From Gammaproteobacteria bacterium (lineage in GTDB: Bacteria > Pseudomonadota > Gammaproteobacteria > Arenicellales > CAJQKF01): a stretch of 64,000 nt of DNA. Shown in pieces: positions 38,577-49,050 of this stretch; within the stretch, counting starts at the first letter, position 1; each line of letters opens with the position of its first letter. The translations under genes were made by a program, and so were the position numbers. The stretch lies in assembly GCA_030429665.1 (NCBI GenBank), contig JAUIEZ010000005.1, forward strand, positions 8,534 through 72,533, read 5' to 3'. The notes beneath the pieces are model-generated. The model was not told where the DNA came from. It searched no databases and saw only the letters and a list, made by a program, of their open reading frames with translations.

Positions 38577-39569
38577 ATGCACCAGAGAAAACTCGGCCCA
38601 TTCGACGTCTCGGCCATCGGCCTGGGATGCATGAACATTTCCGCGGGCTACGGTCCGGCCGACGACGCCGACTCGGAGAAAATGCTTGCCGCGGCGCTGG
38701 ATCACGGCTATACGCACCTCGACACCGCGTCCATGTACGGCATGGGCCACAGCGAGACGATGATCGGCAAGACGCTGAAGGCCAGGCGTGACGAATACGT
38801 ACTGGCCAGCAAATGCGGAATTGCCAGGAATCCCGACGGCAAGCGTGTCGTCAACGGCCACCCGGACGTCATCCGCAAGACCTGCGAGGAAAGTCTGAAA
38901 CGATTACAGACCGACGTGATCGACCTCTACTACCTGCACCGCGTCGACCCGAAGGTGCCTGTCGAGGAGAGCATCGGCGCGCTGAAGGAACTGGTGGATG
39001 CCGGCAAGATTCGCGCGGTGGGCATTTCGGAGTGCTCGGTGGAATCGCTGCGCCGCGCCCACGCGGTGCATCCCATCGCGGCGGTGCAGTCGGAATATTC
39101 GCTGTGGACCCGTACGCCCGAGCGCGGCATCCTGGACGCCTGCAAGACACTCGGGGTGACCTTCGTTGCGTTCGCGCCGCTGGCCCGCGCCTTCCTCACC
39201 GGCAAGGCGGTGGACAACTCCCGCCTGACCGCCGACGACATTCGCTGCACCAATGCGCGGCCGCGCTTCGAGCCGGAGAACTTCGCGCGCAACGTCAAGC
39301 TGCTGGAACCGTACGCGAAGGTCGCCGAACGGGTCGGCTGCAGCATGGCGCAACTCGCGCTCGCCTGGGTAATGGCGCGCGGCGACCACATCGTGCCGAT
39401 TCCCGGCACCAAGCACATGGACTACATGATCGAGAACGCCGGCGCCGGAGACATCCGACTCGAACCCGACGTGGTCGCCGAGCTCGACGAACTGATCAAC
39501 GAATCAAGGGTGAGCGGAACGCGCTACACGGACGCGCTGATGAAGCAGACCGATTCCGAGCGCGACTGA
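38577..39569 (+). CDS. Aldo/keto reductase
   Basis: SAIGLGCM, DTASMYG, IDLYYLHRVD, VQSEYSLW, PIPGT. Confidence 0.94.
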   Translation: MHQRKLGPFDVSAIGLGCMNISAGYGPADDADSEKMLAAALDHGYTHLDTASMYGMGHSETMIGKTLKARRDEYVLASKCGIARNPDGKRVVNGHPDVIRKTCEESLKRLQTDVIDLYYLHRVDPKVPVEESIGALKELVDAGKIRAVGISECSVESLRRAHAVHPIAAVQSEYSLWTRTPERGILDACKTLGVTFVAFAPLARAFLTGKAVDNSRLTADDIRCTNARPRFEPENFARNVKLLEPYAKVAERVGCSMAQLALAWVMARGDHIVPIPGTKHMDYMIENAGAGDIRLEPDVVAELDELINESRVSGTRYTDALMKQTDSERD

Positions 39570-39712
39570 CGTTCGGTAATTCGGCAGCGAGCCTTGCCTG
39601 GCCGGTCTCGTCGGCAAACGAACCGGCGAAGGCTGGCGCTGCAGCCGGTGGCCCGGATTGCGATAGCGTATAAAACGTGGGCGTCTCGCTTACGCGCAGG
39701 TTTGCGTCTTGG

Positions 39713-40576
39713 TCAGGCGGCGCGGACGGCTGATTCCTCACGTAGAACTTTCTGTTCTTGCGCACCGAGCCCGGAAATCTCCAGGCGCATGGTATCGCCT
39801 TCCTTGAGGTAACGCGGCGGATTCTGGCCCATGCCAACTCCCGCCGGGGTACCCGTGGCGATGATGTCACCCGGCGACAGGGACATGAATTGGCTGACGT
39901 AACTGACGAGCTTCGCGACACCAAAAATCATGTTGGCTGTCGTGCCGTCCTGGAAACGCTCGCCATTGACGTCGAGAGTCAGGCGAAGCGCTTGAGGATC
40001 CGGAACCTCGTCCGATGTTACGAGGTATGGCCCCAGTGGACCGAACGTGTCGGCGGACTTTCCTTTTACCCACTGCCCGCCGCGATTCAGCTGGTAGTCA
40101 CGCTCGGAAACGTCATTGAATATGCAGTAGCCTGCGACGTGGCCAAGCGCTTCGGCTTCGCCCACGTAGCGTGCCGTGATACCAATGACCGCCGCCAGCT
40201 CGACCTCCCAGTCGGCTTTCACCGCGCCCGGCGGCAGTCTCACCGTATCGGACGGCCCGATGATCGACGAGGTCGCCTTCATGAACAAGATGGGCTCAAC
40301 AGGCTTGTCCATCCCGGCTTCCGCGGCATGGTCGGAGTAGTTCAGTCCGATGCACACGATTTTTTGTGGACGCGCGACGCACGGGCCGATGCGCCCGCCA
40401 GGTGGAAGCGAGGGCAGAGTCGATGGATCGCAGGAACGAATCAGCGCCAATCCCTCGGACGAAAGCGTTTCGCCATCGATGTCGGCGACGATTCCCGACA
40501 AGTCGCGGATCACGTTGCCGTCGTCCAAAAGAGCGGGTTTCTCAAGTCCCGTGGGACCATAGCGTAGCAGTCGCAT
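39713..40576 (-). CDS. Fumarylacetoacetate hydrolase family protein
   Basis: CIGLNYSDHA, DWEVEL, NDVSERDYQ, WVKGKS, GDIIATGTPAGVG. Confidence 0.93.
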   Translation of the reverse strand: MRLLRYGPTGLEKPALLDDGNVIRDLSGIVADIDGETLSSEGLALIRSCDPSTLPSLPPGGRIGPCVARPQKIVCIGLNYSDHAAEAGMDKPVEPILFMKATSSIIGPSDTVRLPPGAVKADWEVELAAVIGITARYVGEAEALGHVAGYCIFNDVSERDYQLNRGGQWVKGKSADTFGPLGPYLVTSDEVPDPQALRLTLDVNGERFQDGTTANMIFGVAKLVSYVSQFMSLSPGDIIATGTPAGVGMGQNPPRYLKEGDTMRLEISGLGAQEQKVLREESAVRAA

Positions 40577-40618
40577 AAAAACTCTCCGAAGATGTGACCT
40601 GGAACCAGAGCGGGTTCG

Positions 40619-41605
40619 CTATAGCTGAAAAAGCAGCTTACCGACCGACTGGCGCGATTCGAGGCGCCGATGGGCCTCGATTGCATCCTCCAGGGAATAG
40701 CGATGATCGATCTCGACGCTGACGGCCTTCCGTCGAACGAGGTCGAAGACGTCGTCAGCGCGCCACTGCGCTTCATCCGCGTCGCGGCGATAATGCGCCA
40801 GGTGAGGTCGCGTAAAAAAAATCGAACCTGCCTCGGCCAGCCCCATGGGTGATACCGCGTCGACCACGCCGGAACTTGCCCCGAAGAGCACGCACGTTCC
40901 ACGCACGCGAAGACACGCCAGGCTACGCTGTATGGTGTCCCGCCCTACCGAGTCGTAAACCACGTCGACACCGGCGCCGCCGGTCGCCTCCCGCACCCGC
41001 GCAACGAAGTCTTCCTCGCGATACAGGATGACCTCGTCGGCGCCGAGCGCTCGCACTCGCGCGGCCTTCTCGGCACTACCGACGGTAGTGATGACGAAGC
41101 CGCCGCGTGCCTTGGCAATCTGGATCAACAGCTGGCCGACACCGCCGGCACCGGCGTGCACCAGGCAGCTGGTGCCTTGTTCGACGACGAACAATGAATG
41201 CGTCAGGTAGTGACTCGTCGCTCCCTGCAGCATGATTGCCGCGGCGAGATCGAAACCGCACCAGTCCGGCAGACGGATCACCTTGTCCGCATCGACTGAG
41301 ACAAGCTCTGCGTATCCGTTTTTTCCAAGACAGTATCCAACGCGCATGCCGACCGCGAGGCGCGTTACACCCTCTCCGACCGCCTCGATCACCCCGGCAC
41401 CCTCCAGGCCCGGAGTGAGCGGAAGTTCCGTGCCGTAGGTGTGCTGCCCGCGATACAGTCCCTCGCGCATGTACACATCGGCGTAGTTGATGCCGGCGTA
41501 ATGCTGCCTGATCAATACCTCGCCACGTTGCGGTACTGGGACAGGCACGTCCTCACATACCAGTTGCTCGGCGTGTCCGTACTCGTGAACCCTTACGGTC
41601 AGCAT
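40619..41605 (-). CDS. NADPH:quinone oxidoreductase (MDR, zeta-crystallin-like)
   Basis: GINYAD, PGLEGAG, HAGAGGVG, GVDVVYDSVG, GKL. Confidence 0.92.
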   Translation of the reverse strand: MLTVRVHEYGHAEQLVCEDVPVPVPQRGEVLIRQHYAGINYADVYMREGLYRGQHTYGTELPLTPGLEGAGVIEAVGEGVTRLAVGMRVGYCLGKNGYAELVSVDADKVIRLPDWCGFDLAAAIMLQGATSHYLTHSLFVVEQGTSCLVHAGAGGVGQLLIQIAKARGGFVITTVGSAEKAARVRALGADEVILYREEDFVARVREATGGAGVDVVYDSVGRDTIQRSLACLRVRGTCVLFGASSGVVDAVSPMGLAEAGSIFFTRPHLAHYRRDADEAQWRADDVFDLVRRKAVSVEIDHRYSLEDAIEAHRRLESRQSVGKLLFQL

Positions 41606-41670
41606 TATCTAACTCCGGTAACTCTTCAATGGTTAACGGTTCGCGTTCTTCGAACGACGAAAGTGAGTGA

Positions 41671-42552
41671 TCACACCGGTCTCTCGCTGCCCTTGACCTG
41701 TGTGCGGTGGAGAATGCGCCTCGAGTCATCGTCAAAAGCGTCTCGACGATGCATGGTGCAGCGATTGTCCCACACGACCAGGTCTCCCACCCTCCACTTC
41801 TGATCCCAGCGAAAATCGGGCTTGGTGGCGTGAGCCCACAGCTGATCGAGCAGGATTTCGCTGTCCTCGACCGACATGCCCTCGATATAGCCATTGCGGC
41901 GCCTGCCAAGATACAGCGCGCGACGACCCGTCTGCGGATGCGTGGTTACCAAGGGATGCCAAGCACCTGGAATCTTCCGCGGGTCGGATTCGTCAGCAAA
42001 CCCTTCAAAACCCTTTCGCACTTCTCCGGCACTGTTGCGACTGTAGTCGTGCTTTGCGCGTTTTCCGTCAATAACACGCCTGGTTTCATCGGGCAGCGCC
42101 TCGTAAGCTGCATACATGTTGAGAAAGCTCGTATCCCCACCTTCTTCCGGCACCTCGAGAGAGTACAGACAGGTCATCTTTGGCGGTTGTTCGACGTAGG
42201 ACATATCCGTGTGCCACTCGGCCTCGTAATTACCGAGGCTGCCAATCGATTTACCATTAACTTTTACGTTGGAGACCACGAGTATTTCCGGGTATTCCGG
42301 TATTTCAACTTCACCGGAACTCGTGATCGGCGCCATGTCCAGTTCTCCGAACAATCGACTGAAACGCACAAGGTCTGCGTCGTCGAGCGACTGTGCTCGG
42401 AAACGAAGCACGAGGTGTTCGTGCCAGGCGTCAGTGATCGCCGCAATCACGTCGTCTTCGAGCGGTCGCGACAGGTCGACGTCATCGATGTCGGCGCCAA
42501 GCGCACTGCCGGTAGGCTCTATCTTGATGACACGATTGGATTTGGACTGCAT
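41671..42552 (-). CDS. TauD/TfdA-family Fe(II)/2-oxoglutarate dioxygenase
   Basis: WHTD (HxD), GGDTSF, HPLVTTHPQTGRRALY, GDLVVWDNRCTMHRR. Confidence 0.94.
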   Translation of the reverse strand: MQSKSNRVIKIEPTGSALGADIDDVDLSRPLEDDVIAAITDAWHEHLVLRFRAQSLDDADLVRFSRLFGELDMAPITSSGEVEIPEYPEILVVSNVKVNGKSIGSLGNYEAEWHTDMSYVEQPPKMTCLYSLEVPEEGGDTSFLNMYAAYEALPDETRRVIDGKRAKHDYSRNSAGEVRKGFEGFADESDPRKIPGAWHPLVTTHPQTGRRALYLGRRRNGYIEGMSVEDSEILLDQLWAHATKPDFRWDQKWRVGDLVVWDNRCTMHRRDAFDDDSRRILHRTQVKGSERPV

Positions 42553-42581
42553 TGCGTGAACCTCCAGGTAGACACGTTCGT

Positions 42582-43706
42582 CTAGACAAAAGATACTGAT
42601 TTTTCAGCCAGCTCGCGCACGCGTCCGGCATCGACGCCGACGGTATTCGGGTCGGGCACGATGAGTTTGCCGGCCTCGACGGTCAGCGGCGCCGTGAGCA
42701 GGCCGCGTCGCGTTTTGAGAAATCCGTTCATCTCGGCCGCTGCGGCGAGCCCGAGGCCTTCATAGCACAGCGCCTCGTGGTAACAACCCAGATCAGTTGC
42801 GACACCGTTGCCGATGACGACGTCAAGGCCGCGTTCGTTGCACAATGCAACCTGTTTCTCAAGCGCCGACGGTCCCCCGGCCTTGCTCATCTTGAGTTTC
42901 ACTGCGGTGACGCCTTCGATAGACGCTGCACGTTCGATGTCGGCAAGACCATAGATTGATTCGTCCAGCATCAGCGGCAGGACGCCAATGCGACCGATTT
43001 CTTCGATCAGGTCCCATCGATGTGCGGGCACGGGCTGCTCGAACACTTCCACGGCGTCTCGGGGTGTCCGGCGTGCGAATTCCAATGCCTGCTCCAGCGT
43101 GTAGCCCTGATTCGCGTCTATGCGCAATTTCGCCCGTCCCGCCACGGCGTCGGCTATCGCGGCAACACGCGCCGCGTCGGCGACCGGCTCGTATCCGACC
43201 TTGACCTTCAGGGTACGGTACCCGGAATCGAGTAACTCCCGAGCCGAATGCGGCGCAAGCTCGAGGTCCAGGGTATTCACCGTGCCCAACAGCTCCACGC
43301 TTGTACCCTTCCCTTCGGAATAGAGCAGCGGCGCCCGAGTGAGATCGTCTAGGGCTTCGTGCAGCGCCGATACGACGAATGGATATGCGACGAGATCGCG
43401 ATCGGTGGTTCGCGCGATCTCGTCGCGCGTTCGTCCAACCAGTGACGGCAATACAAGCTCCGCGTAGTCCCAGGCTTCGGCGGGCGTCTCCGGCGAGTAA
43501 CCGGCCACGGGGCAGGCCTCGCCCCAGCCGACACGGTCGAATTTGTCGACCATCGCAATGACGATGACATCAAACGCATCGAGCCGGCCGAGCGAATTCT
43601 CGTAGGGGCGAACAAGCGGCAAGCGAATACGATGCGCTTCTATTCCGGTAACCGTGACGCCGATGTCGTCCAATGCGCGGAGATCCATTGCCCGTAATCT
43701 ATTCAA
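42582..43706 (-). CDS. Enolase superfamily, muconate-lactonizing-enzyme/racemase subgroup
   Basis: GWGE, KVKVG (KxK), DANQG, EQP, LDES, KLKMSK. Alternative start ATG 43688. Confidence 0.88.
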   Translation of the reverse strand: MNRLRAMDLRALDDIGVTVTGIEAHRIRLPLVRPYENSLGRLDAFDVIVIAMVDKFDRVGWGEACPVAGYSPETPAEAWDYAELVLPSLVGRTRDEIARTTDRDLVAYPFVVSALHEALDDLTRAPLLYSEGKGTSVELLGTVNTLDLELAPHSARELLDSGYRTLKVKVGYEPVADAARVAAIADAVAGRAKLRIDANQGYTLEQALEFARRTPRDAVEVFEQPVPAHRWDLIEEIGRIGVLPLMLDESIYGLADIERAASIEGVTAVKLKMSKAGGPSALEKQVALCNERGLDVVIGNGVATDLGCYHEALCYEGLGLAAAAEMNGFLKTRRGLLTAPLTVEAGKLIVPDPNTVGVDAGRVRELAEKSVSFV

Positions 43707-45231
43707 GGTTGGAAGCGGTGTTTGCGCGCTGGGAAACGCCGGCTGATTTACGCCGCTTTTCGACCCCCATACGTGCCAGCGGTATGACGAACGTAATCAA
43801 CGCCAATACCAGGATTCCCAATGCAAGTGGTCGGTTGAAGAAAATCATTCCTCCCTCGTTCGAGGAAATCAGGGAGCGGCGAAAGTTTTCCTCGATCAAC
43901 GTGCCGAGCACGATGGCCAGCACGATGGGAACCACCGACATTCCCGCCTGTCGTATAAAGAACCCCAGTACACCGAGCCCCAGCGCCAGATAGACATCGA
44001 ATACGTTGGACCGGACGCTGTATGCGCCCACCACCGACAACGTGAGAATGGTCATGACAATGAACGGCGTTGGCATCTGTACCAGTCGAACCCAGAATCC
44101 AACCCCGACGATTCCATAGAACAACATGATCAGGTTTGCGAGCCCCAGGGTGAGAAACAGGAAATAGACGAGGCCGGCATTGGAGACGAATAGGCTCGGT
44201 CCGGGCGTTACGCCGTGCAGCAGCATTGCGCCCAGCAGAACTGCAGCAGTCGCCGACCCGGGAATGCCAAAGGCCAACAACGGAACTAACGAGGTACTGA
44301 TTGTCGAGTTATTGCTGGACTCTGCCGCCGCAAGCCCTTCCTCGGAGCCTTGTCCATACGCTTCGGGGTTGCGGGCAAAACGCCGGGCTTCGTTGTAGCC
44401 GACCCAATTCGCGGCCGCGGCACCGATCGCCGGCAGGGCGCCGAGCACGGAGCCGACGACGGAACCGATTGTCGTCGCCCGTGCGATTTGCCTTACTGTC
44501 GAGAGGGGCAAGTTGAATGCCCAAAATCGGGGCATGCCGGCCACCTGGCGCTCGCCACCCTTTGTGTACAGCAGCGTTATCGCCTCGGACACCGCAAACA
44601 GTCCCACCAAAGCCGGAATGTATGGAATTCCCTCAAGCAGGTTCATGTTGCCGTAGGTGAAGCGCGGATAGCCGGTGAACGGATCGACGCCCACGGTGGT
44701 GAGGATCAAGCCGAACAGGGCGACGACGAATCCCGCGAGAACCATGCCTCGAACGAGGCTGGCAATGATCGCCACACCCAGCACGCCGAGAGCGAAATAC
44801 TCCGGCGCGCCGAAGTTCAGGGCGAATTCCGCCAATGGCAGCGAAAAGAACATCAACACGACGGTTCCCGCCATTCCGCCGACAACGGAGGTAACGATCG
44901 AGATGGACAACGCCCGGTCGAGCTTCCCGGCTTTTGTCATGGGGTAGCCATCGAGTACCGTCGCTGCGGATGCCGGTGTCCCGGGGACACCGATGGTAAT
45001 GGCAGTGATCGACCCTGCGTAGGTTGCCGCCGTGTACAAACCGATAAGCACCGCGAGCGCCACTTCCGTGGACAAGGCGTAGGTGGCAGCCACCAGCAAC
45101 GCCGTGCCCGAGGTGGCATCGAGGCCGGGCAAAGCGCCAAAAGCCATACCGATGGTCACGCCAATGAACAGGCCGAGCAGCACCGTCGGCTGAGTCAACA
45201 GCGCGGTGCCTGCGAGGATGCCTTCGATCAT
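43699..45231 (-). CDS. tctA: Tripartite tricarboxylate transporter TctA
   Basis: GALPGL, PGTPASAAT, GIPGSATAA, GVTPGP. Confidence 0.93.
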   Translation of the reverse strand: MIEGILAGTALLTQPTVLLGLFIGVTIGMAFGALPGLDATSGTALLVAATYALSTEVALAVLIGLYTAATYAGSITAITIGVPGTPASAATVLDGYPMTKAGKLDRALSISIVTSVVGGMAGTVVLMFFSLPLAEFALNFGAPEYFALGVLGVAIIASLVRGMVLAGFVVALFGLILTTVGVDPFTGYPRFTYGNMNLLEGIPYIPALVGLFAVSEAITLLYTKGGERQVAGMPRFWAFNLPLSTVRQIARATTIGSVVGSVLGALPAIGAAAANWVGYNEARRFARNPEAYGQGSEEGLAAAESSNNSTISTSLVPLLAFGIPGSATAAVLLGAMLLHGVTPGPSLFVSNAGLVYFLFLTLGLANLIMLFYGIVGVGFWVRLVQMPTPFIVMTILTLSVVGAYSVRSNVFDVYLALGLGVLGFFIRQAGMSVVPIVLAIVLGTLIEENFRRSLISSNEGGMIFFNRPLALGILVLALITFVIPLARMGVEKRRKSAGVSQRANTASNLE

Positions 45232-45243
45232 GTCAGCACCTCA

Positions 45244-45672
45244 TCAGAACGAAGCGATGGGTATGTGGAGAAGCCGGTCGAAAAGCAACCACACCATGGC
45301 CGGGAAGCAGATGCTGTACAACGTGTTGGCGAGTAAGGCTCGCGATCCGGACAACCACAGTCCTGCGAACAGCGCGAACGGCCACACGATGAGGAATCCC
45401 AGGTGAGTGGCGACGAGAATCGCCCCGCCGACGCCTCCGCCGACCGCCAGCGCCACTCGCAGCAACGAGAACGATACGAAACGAACCCTCCGACGCGACA
45501 GGTACAGGTCGACGAGAATCAACGCGATCATGATGACGGCGAGCGCTTCGGGAAGCGCCGCGGGACCGATGTCCCGCGACGACAGTGCCTGTGGAAACGA
45601 TTGCGCCGTCACCACGACCAATACACCAAACGCAATCAATCCCAGGTAGATCAGATGCGTCAGAGGAAACAT
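45244..45672 (-). CDS. tctB: Tripartite tricarboxylate transporter TctB
   Basis: IGPAALP, about 4 TM segments, FDRLLHIP; lies between tctC and tctA. Confidence 0.83.
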   Translation of the reverse strand: MFPLTHLIYLGLIAFGVLVVVTAQSFPQALSSRDIGPAALPEALAVIMIALILVDLYLSRRRVRFVSFSLLRVALAVGGGVGGAILVATHLGFLIVWPFALFAGLWLSGSRALLANTLYSICFPAMVWLLFDRLLHIPIASF

Positions 45673-45676
45673 GACA

Positions 45677-46633
45677 CTACTCCAGCATGCCCAGGGACTT
45701 GAGCATTTTCTCGTCGGCGACCGCCTGGTCCTCGAGCAACGATTGGAATTCAGCGTTGGTCATGGATCCCTGCAGGGTCGATGATTCTGCGAGGTATTTC
45801 TGGAAATCCTCGCTGTTAACCGCCGCGTCGACGATCTGGTAGAGCTTGTCGACAATTGCGCCGGGGGTGTCGCCGTGTACAAACATGCCGCGCCAATGGT
45901 ATCGCGCGAGGTCGTTGCCCAACTCGCGGAAAGTGGGAACATCCGGGTGTGCCGCGACACGATCCTCGGAAGTCACAGCCACGACCTGGGTGCGTTCCTT
46001 GAAGCGGCCGTAGACGCTGATGTTGCTCATTGCCGCTTCGATGTCGCCCGCCATGACGGCGTTGATGGCGTCACCGCCACTGCTGAAGGGCACCCAGGTG
46101 GGCTCGACGCCGGCGAGTTCGGCCAACATGAGTGTGGTGATTTGATGTGGCGAGCCGGTGCCGTAGCCGCCGACGCGGATCTGCCCGGGCTTCTCCCGCA
46201 TGGCTGCGAGGAGGGCGTCGAGCGTCGGATACGCACCATCGCGCTTGGTGTATAACGCAAACGGATCAAGTTGTATCCGGTACAGCGGTTGGAAGTCGGT
46301 CCATTTGTGAGCGGCGCCGGGCAGTTGCAGCACCGACGTGATGCCCGTGGCGTCGTTGAAAATGGTGTGCCCGTCCGGTGCCTGGCCCTTTAGGTAAGCC
46401 ATCGCCAGCTGTCCGGTGCCACCAGGTCGCGGCTCTACCACGACGGGCACGCCGGCAACGACCTCCATTTCGGACGCCAGACGCCGCACCATCACGTCCT
46501 GTGGCGCACCCGCCGAGGAGCCATGGACGATTTTGATCGGTCCCGACGGGAATTCCCCACCGAGCGCCGACGCCGTGGAGAACAGAAAAGCGCTTGCGGC
46601 AACAGCCGACAATAGCTTGATTTTACTGAACAT
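45677..46633 (-). CDS. tctC: Tripartite tricarboxylate transporter substrate-binding protein TctC
   Basis: Signal peptide, FPSGPIKIV, PGGTG, PDGHT, PDVPTFRELG. Confidence 0.92.
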   Translation of the reverse strand: MFSKIKLLSAVAASAFLFSTASALGGEFPSGPIKIVHGSSAGAPQDVMVRRLASEMEVVAGVPVVVEPRPGGTGQLAMAYLKGQAPDGHTIFNDATGITSVLQLPGAAHKWTDFQPLYRIQLDPFALYTKRDGAYPTLDALLAAMREKPGQIRVGGYGTGSPHQITTLMLAELAGVEPTWVPFSSGGDAINAVMAGDIEAAMSNISVYGRFKERTQVVAVTSEDRVAAHPDVPTFRELGNDLARYHWRGMFVHGDTPGAIVDKLYQIVDAAVNSEDFQKYLAESSTLQGSMTNAEFQSLLEDQAVADEKMLKSLGMLE

Positions 46634-46734
46634 TAATGAGCTCCTCCGAATGCGGTAGATGAAACCGGCTGTCGCGCGGTCGTGGCGACAGCGGGTTGCG
46701 TACGCTAACCGAGTGACGAACCATTGGTCAATAC

Positions 46735-46802
46735 TTTATCGATAAAATTAATTTTTATCGACTTGTACGATTATCTATATTATTGGTATCTTTACCGATA
46801 AA
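46735..46802. promoter_or_regulatory. Repeated TTTATCGATAAA-type operators (GntR/FCD candidate)
   Basis: Palindrome TTTATCGATAAA at 46735-46746, TTTATCGAC at 46754-46762, TTTACCGATAAA at 46791-46802, all in a divergent AT-rich gap. Confidence 0.6.
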
Positions 46803-46829
46803 TCTTTTCAGAGTGGAGACCGACCTGCC

Positions 46830-47513
46830 GTGCCTACAGCGGATAAACCCACCCGGTCGAAGACAACGCTAACGGACATTGCCTACACGAGGTTGCGAGA
46901 AGATATTCTTAGCGGTCGCCTTGAACCCGGTTTAAAGCTGCGCGTCGAGCACCTGAAAACACACTACGGCGCGGGAGCGAGCCCGATACGCGAAGCGCTG
47001 TCGCGGTTGACCGGGGACGGCCTGACGATTGCTGAAGGCCGGCGAGGTTTTCGGGTCGCGGAGGTCTCGAATGCCGAGTTGATGGACATCACCGAACTCC
47101 GCGTGCTAATGGAGACGCGGGCCCTGAGAATGGCCATCGAGGCGGGAGACGACGAATGGGAGGCGCTGGTGCTGGCCAGTTTCCACCGACTGTCCAAACT
47201 CGACGAGCGTTTGGCAATGGAACAACCCGGCGAGGAGTGGGAAGAACGGCACCGGGACTTTCACAACTCACTGGTATCCGCGTGCCAATCGCGTTGGTTG
47301 AAAAACTTCCGGGATATCCTGTTCGATCAAAGCGAGCGTTATAGGCGACTCGCGCTCGCAAACGGCCCGGGCAAGCGCGATGTCGCGGGAGAGCACAAGC
47401 AAATCATGGAGGCGACCCTCGACCGAGACAGCGACAGGGCTTGCGACCTGCTGGCCGCGCACGTCCAGGAAACGGCAGATGCCGTGGCTAACAGCGACTG
47501 GGTGTGTGACTAG
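46830..47513 (+). CDS. GntR-family (FCD) transcriptional regulator
   Basis: LREDILSGRLEPG, ASPIREALSRL, RGFRVA, HRDFH, EHKQIM. Confidence 0.93.
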   Translation: MPTADKPTRSKTTLTDIAYTRLREDILSGRLEPGLKLRVEHLKTHYGAGASPIREALSRLTGDGLTIAEGRRGFRVAEVSNAELMDITELRVLMETRALRMAIEAGDDEWEALVLASFHRLSKLDERLAMEQPGEEWEERHRDFHNSLVSACQSRWLKNFRDILFDQSERYRRLALANGPGKRDVAGEHKQIMEATLDRDSDRACDLLAAHVQETADAVANSDWVCD

Positions 47514-47608
47514 GTGAACCGGATATTCACGTCAGACGCGATCCGTCGACAGATCCACGGAACGAGGTCGGAGCGCAGTTCGCGCGCCGGCCCGCCGGGC
47601 GCGAAAAG

Positions 47609-48412
<804 letters not shown>

Positions 48413-48499
48413 GGATTTTCACCTCGTCAACGAATCGGGGACGTTTCCCCGGTTATCGTAAGACACGACGCGGGCAAACATCGCCGCGCGGTGTCGTCG

Positions 48500-48931
48500 C
48501 TACTTGACGTCGAAGGTCACCGCCTTGCGGCTGCCGTCTTCGAACTCCAATTCGATCTCGATCCGGTTGCCGGCATCCAGTTGTTCGGTCAGCCCAATCA
48601 ACATGACATGCAGTCCACCGGGCTTGAAGTCGACGGCGGTGTCGGCGGGCAGGGTCACCGACTCCATGCGGCGCATTTTCATCACCCCGTCTTCCATTTC
48701 GTGATTGTGCAACTCGACGTTCTCGGCTACCCCCGAGTGCGCGGCCACCAGTTCGTGCTCGGCACCATCGGTGGCCGAGATGGTCATGTACGCCCCGCTG
48801 ACGGACACGCCCGGCGCGACGGCGCGGGCGTACGCACTGTCCACCGATACGTGGTCGGCGACACCGCCGGCAAAAAGCGGACAAGTGGCGAAGGCAATGA
48901 CGAGCGCGGCAGCGGCGCGAAGCGGTTGCAT
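48500..48931 (-). CDS. Periplasmic copper chaperone PCu(A)C
   Basis: Signal peptide; H-x6-M motif ELHNHEMEDGVMKMRR and PGGLHVML. Confidence 0.92.
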   Translation of the reverse strand: MQPLRAAAALVIAFATCPLFAGGVADHVSVDSAYARAVAPGVSVSGAYMTISATDGAEHELVAAHSGVAENVELHNHEMEDGVMKMRRMESVTLPADTAVDFKPGGLHVMLIGLTEQLDAGNRIEIELEFEDGSRKAVTFDVK

Positions 48932-49050
48932 GGGATTTCCTCCATGGTTGACGAAAACAGGAACGGCGCCGCGATACGAAGCACCGGACGGGAGAGTGTA
49001 CCCAATACGTCGTCCATCCGCGAAGGCACTCCGTTCGCGGCCGCGGCAAG

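Noticed and set aside
46720-46731. CCATTGGTCAA as a third RutR box
   Set aside because: Only one half-site matches; more simply the TTGACC -35 of the tctC promoter on the minus strand.
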